A stretch of 32,000 nt of DNA from Nitrosospira multiformis ATCC 25196 (GTDB lineage: Bacteria; Pseudomonadota; Gammaproteobacteria; Burkholderiales; Nitrosomonadaceae). The stretch spans positions 30,001 through 62,000 of the forward strand of contig NC_007614.1 in assembly GCF_000196355.1 (NCBI RefSeq), given 5' to 3'. The notes under the pieces are model-generated. The model made no database searches. It saw only the letters and a list, made by a program, of their open reading frames with translations, and was not told the origin of the DNA. How positions within the stretch are numbered: position 1 is the stretch's first letter; each line of letters opens with the position of its first letter. This document shows positions 28,702 through 32,000 of this stretch, piece by piece. A program made the position numbers and the translations under genes.

Positions 28702-28819
28702 TTCATTCCATTAACATACGTTCCGGAATGGCAGCGGTATCCTCACTTGATGATTGATCGTCAGTCTACTTGTTACGCGATGAAACCGGTTTTTTTCCTT
28801 ACCGGTAGCACTTGAACAC

Positions 28820-29026
28820 CTAAATTGGGCCAGTCGTGAGGATATCCGTTCCAACCAGGCCTTGTGAAATTTCCCGCAGCGCAATCACGGTCGGTTTATC
28901 CCGCGCCGGTTCCACCATCGGGCTTCCGCCCACTGAAAGTTGGCGCGCCCGAATGGTTGCAACGAGGGTCATATCGAAGCGATTGGGAATTTTTTTCAGA
29001 CAGTCGTCAACAGTGATGCGTGCCAT
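28820..29026 (-). CDS. rpoZ: RNA polymerase omega subunit
   Basis: [30 protein letters not shown]; between gmk and spoT. Confidence 0.96.
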   Translation of the reverse strand: MARITVDDCLKKIPNRFDMTLVATIRARQLSVGGSPMVEPARDKPTVIALREISQGLVGTDILTTGPI

Positions 29027-29208
29027 GATTTCCTTTACCAGGATATAAGGAAATTACAGTATAGAGTGTCTGGTTGTGGAAAGGCAACCCGGAGGGCATT
29101 TCAAGCACTTCATTTTACACGACAAAGGTATAGGCTGTTGCTACCGCTGATGGTTCTATGAAACTTTCGGGGGAGGCAGAGGTGGGTATGTCCGCGTGCT
29201 TGTGCGGT

Positions 29209-29841
29209 TTATAAAACGGACGTGCGGGTAAGCTGCGCCAGCAGACCATGGTGGCGGACAAGCTGCTTTGCCGTTTTCAGGCGCTCCGCCTGTATGATAC
29301 ATTTCAGGTCCTGCAACGCCCTGTCCAGCTTGTCGTTGATGATGATGTAGTTATACTCTCCCGCATGACTCAACTCCTCACGCGCCGCCGCCAGCCGGCG
29401 GCTGATCGCTTCGAGGCTGTCCTGGGCTCGCTGGCGCAAGCGCATTTCCAGTACTTCGAGTGATGGCGGCAAAACAAAAATGCCCACCGCCACGGGGAAA
29501 ACCGCCCGCACTTGACGCGCCCCCTGACTGTCTATTTCCAGCAGAATGTCGCGCCCCGACGTCATGGTTTCATTGATCCATTTTTTCGAAGTGCCGTAGA
29601 AATTCCCGTAGAGTTCCGCGCTTTCCAGGAACTCGTCCTCTTGCAGTTTCTGCTCGAATACTTGGCGCGTTACGAAATGATAATCGCGTCCGTCCATTTC
29701 TTCGGGGCGAGGCTGCCGTGAGGTGTATGAAATAGACAGGCTGAGGTCGATACCCGTTTGCAGCAGGGCCTTGACCAGACTGGTCTTGCCAGCTCCCGAC
29801 GGCGCGCTGATGATATAGAGAGTACCCGGCGTTGTAGTCAT
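29209..29841 (-). CDS. gmk: Guanylate kinase
   Basis: GTLYIISAPSGAGKTSLVKALL (P-loop), SISYTSRQPRPEEMDGRDYHFV, ILLEIDSQGARQVR. Confidence 0.97.
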   Translation of the reverse strand: MTTTPGTLYIISAPSGAGKTSLVKALLQTGIDLSLSISYTSRQPRPEEMDGRDYHFVTRQVFEQKLQEDEFLESAELYGNFYGTSKKWINETMTSGRDILLEIDSQGARQVRAVFPVAVGIFVLPPSLEVLEMRLRQRAQDSLEAISRRLAAAREELSHAGEYNYIIINDKLDRALQDLKCIIQAERLKTAKQLVRHHGLLAQLTRTSVL

Positions 29842-30013
29842 TGGTCAGGCCTGTTGAAATCCCTCTTCAGCAATACGTGAGTGTTACGGTTTTTGTTTCT
29901 GATTGCCTCGCGCTCTTTCCGAAGGCTTCCGCCCGGTCAAGGGTCGAAAGCAGAGTGTAACAGCTTCCACAACTCAACGAGTTTCAGGATTTTACCCGCC
30001 TCTATCCCTTCGC

Positions 30014-30454
30014 CTAGCCCAAAGCCTGGGATCGCGTCCAGCGCACGATATCCTGTGTTGTCATTGCGCCCGCCTGGCGCGCAAGTTCCCGGCCGTCCTT
30101 GAACAGGATGAGTGTCGGAATACTGCGAATGCGATACTGCGCGCCGACTGTTTGTTCCACATCGGTATTCACCTTCGCGAGGCGAACATGGGGCTCAAGC
30201 AGAGCCGCCGCTTCTTTGAAGGCTGGCGCCATCATTTTGCAGGGTCCGCACCACGGTGCCCAGAAATCGACCAGCACTGGAACATCGTTTTTATTAATGT
30301 AGCGTGCGAAGGTTGAACCGGTTAATTCCAATGGCTGGCCGGCGAATATCGGCTGATGGCATTGTCCGCAGTTGGGCTGCTCGCCGAGGCGCGCAGTGGG
30401 GACACGGTTAATCGAGTGACAATGAGGGCAGACGAGATGCAGGGAATCACTCAT
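30014..30454 (-). CDS. trxC: Thioredoxin 2 (zinc-binding N-terminus)
   Basis: CPHCHSINR...CGQCHQPIF zinc motifs; VDFWAPWCGPCKMMAP active site; IRSIPTLILFKDG. Confidence 0.95.
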   Translation of the reverse strand: MSDSLHLVCPHCHSINRVPTARLGEQPNCGQCHQPIFAGQPLELTGSTFARYINKNDVPVLVDFWAPWCGPCKMMAPAFKEAAALLEPHVRLAKVNTDVEQTVGAQYRIRSIPTLILFKDGRELARQAGAMTTQDIVRWTRSQALG

Positions 30455-30880
30455 AAGAATTTACACATATCATCCAATAATTCCAATAATAGCCGGTAAA
30501 CCGGGTACTTCCGTTTTCAATCCAGGACGATGACTATTTGCGGCGGGGAGTCACGCGGTAGCGGCAAAAAACATGACCAATGTTATTTATACATTCAACT
30601 ACCGATTTTCCTGCGGCTATTCGATATTGCACCTGAACTAGAACTATACAGCCCAGGTGCTCATGGATACTAGCTTTAAGATACTCAATCTTTGCTATGG
30701 GTACACACGGGGGTACACACCTTATCCAGTTCACTACGAATTAGCCACCAGATTTGCCCTTTTCAATATAAAGCAAATAACGTCGAAAGACGAGTTTCCG
30801 GAGGAACAAATAGGGCACACCTACACCCATCAAGAATATGAGTGTAGTAGCCCCCAATTGAACCGGACACAGATGCACTG

Positions 30881-31306
30881 ATGATAGGAGATAGGCATAT
30901 GCCTGGTGCTATGCATAGTGCTTCAGGTTTGGATCGTATTGAAATCGTCACCGGGATCGAGCGCCGCAGGCGCTGGAGCCTGGGTGAGAAATTAAAAGCT
31001 GTTGAGGAATCCCGCTTGCCGGGCATGAGTGTCTCGTATGTGGCGCGAAAATATGGTATTGCTCCGAGCTTGTTATTTCGCTGGAGGAAGCTCATGACTG
31101 AAGGAGGCAAGGAAGCTGTTCGTAGCGATGATGCGGTAGTGTCTGCGGCCGAGGTGAAAGAGTTGAAGAAGCGGATCCGGGAGTTGGAGCGGGTTCTGGG
31201 CAAGAAAACCCTGGAGAACGAGATTCTCACGGAAGCGGTGAAGCTTGCGCATGAAAAAAAACTGATCTCGCGCATGCCCTTGCTGCCACCGGACGATTTG
31301 CCATGA
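30881..31306 (+). CDS. IS3-family transposase OrfA
   Basis: RRRRWSLGEKLKAVEESRLPGMSVSYVARKYGIAPSLLFRWRKLMTEGG, leucine-zipper-like coiled coil after it. Confidence 0.9.
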   Translation: MIGDRHMPGAMHSASGLDRIEIVTGIERRRRWSLGEKLKAVEESRLPGMSVSYVARKYGIAPSLLFRWRKLMTEGGKEAVRSDDAVVSAAEVKELKKRIRELERVLGKKTLENEILTEAVKLAHEKKLISRMPLLPPDDLP

Positions 31307-32000
31307 AGGCCATTGCAGACACCATGGGTGTGGCGCGCTCCCGTCTTGTGGAACGGATGAAGCCGCAGGAAAAGTCTTTTCGTTGCCGCTACAACAAGGC
31401 TGATGATGCCTGGCTGTTGCCCTTGATCCGCGAAATTGTGGATTGCCGCGCGACCTACGGATACAGAAGGATTTGCGCTCTCCTTAACCGCAAACTGGAG
31501 AGAATGGGCAAGCCTGCTGTCAATCACAAGCGGGTCTATCGCATCATGCGCCAGAATGGCCTGCTGCTGGCCCGATATACGGGCAAACAGCGCGTGCTGT
31601 CTCATGAAGGCAAGGTCATTACCTTGCGTTCCAATTTGCGCTGGTGTTCGGATGGTTTTGAGATTCCCTGCTGGAATGGGCAAGTAGTGCGTGTTGCCTT
31701 CGCCCTGGATTGCTGTGATCGTGAAGTCATCAGCCATGTTGCCACCACTGGCGGCATTACTGGGGAAATGGTGCGCGATCTGATGACTGAATCCGTTGAG
31801 CGGCGCTTCGGCACCGTTGACCTGCTCCCACACAGGGTGGAGTGGCTCAGCGACAATGGCAGCTGTTACACCGCCAGCGAGACAACTGCTTTTGCAAAGG
31901 ATATGGGCTTCATCAGCTGTTTTACTCCCGTCAGAAGTCCCGAATCCAACGGTATGGCCGAGGCCTTCGTCAAAACCTTCAAGCGGGATTACGTCTATGT
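31303..32000 (+). CDS. IS3-family transposase OrfB (integrase core), partial at window end
   Basis: Manual translation from ATG 31303: MKAIADTMGVARSRLVERMK...CRATYGYRRICALLNRKL...VAFALDCCDREVISHVA...VEWLSDNGSCYTASETTAFAKDMGFISCFTPVRSPESNGMAEAFVKTFKRDYV. Not in the ORF track (no stop). Confidence 0.9.
   Translation, partial: MKAIADTMGVARSRLVERMKPQEKSFRCRYNKADDAWLLPLIREIVDCRATYGYRRICALLNRKLERMGKPAVNHKRVYRIMRQNGLLLARYTGKQRVLSHEGKVITLRSNLRWCSDGFEIPCWNGQVVRVAFALDCCDREVISHVATTGGITGEMVRDLMTESVERRFGTVDLLPHRVEWLSDNGSCYTASETTAFAKDMGFISCFTPVRSPESNGMAEAFVKTFKRDYVY

Larger units (their letters stand above)
30843..32000 (+). mobile_element. IS3-family (IS2-like group) insertion sequence, cut by the window end
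   Basis: OrfA and OrfB overlap by ATGA, with an A8 slippery run in OrfA. Putative left end TGTAGTAGCCCCCAATTGAACCGGAC near 30843; boundary approximate. Confidence 0.75.

Noticed and set aside
1-32000. CRISPR arrays, tRNA, rRNA, retron or toxin-antitoxin modules
   Set aside because: No regularly spaced identical repeats, no tRNA/rRNA signature sequences, and no reverse transcriptase or recognisable TA pair seen by eye. A tRNAscan/Infernal run would be needed to exclude small RNAs.

Overview
The gene content (PEP-CTERM protein, RND pump, gmk-rpoZ-spoT order) suggests a betaproteobacterium, possibly a Nitrosospira-type ammonia oxidiser. That taxonomic guess is inference only. Housekeeping and recognisable genes are a DUF445 membrane protein, DNA topoisomerase IB, a VOC/glyoxalase-fold protein, a TetR + MFP + RND efflux module, a PEP-CTERM protein, metH, a SRAP/YedK protein, spoT, rpoZ, gmk and trxC. 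There are two insertion sequences: a complete IS5-family (IS427-like) element with a -1 frameshifted transposase, and an IS3-family IS2-like element cut by the window end. The most unusual region is about 2.5-9.5 kb. It holds a DUF5132-like small membrane protein overlapping a CxxC-less HMA-like protein, a protein built from seven tandem 22-residue units, and a second CxxC-less HMA-like protein whose Shine-Dalgarno lies in a perfect 9-bp hairpin. On the opposite strand is a P-type ATPase with a similar HMA-like N-terminus, overlapping by ATGA a divergent MetK homologue. In that homologue the ATP/triphosphate residues are kept, but most residues of the methionine pocket are replaced. I propose this as a candidate undescribed membrane transport/adenosylation system. 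No database search was run; family names rest on motif recognition.
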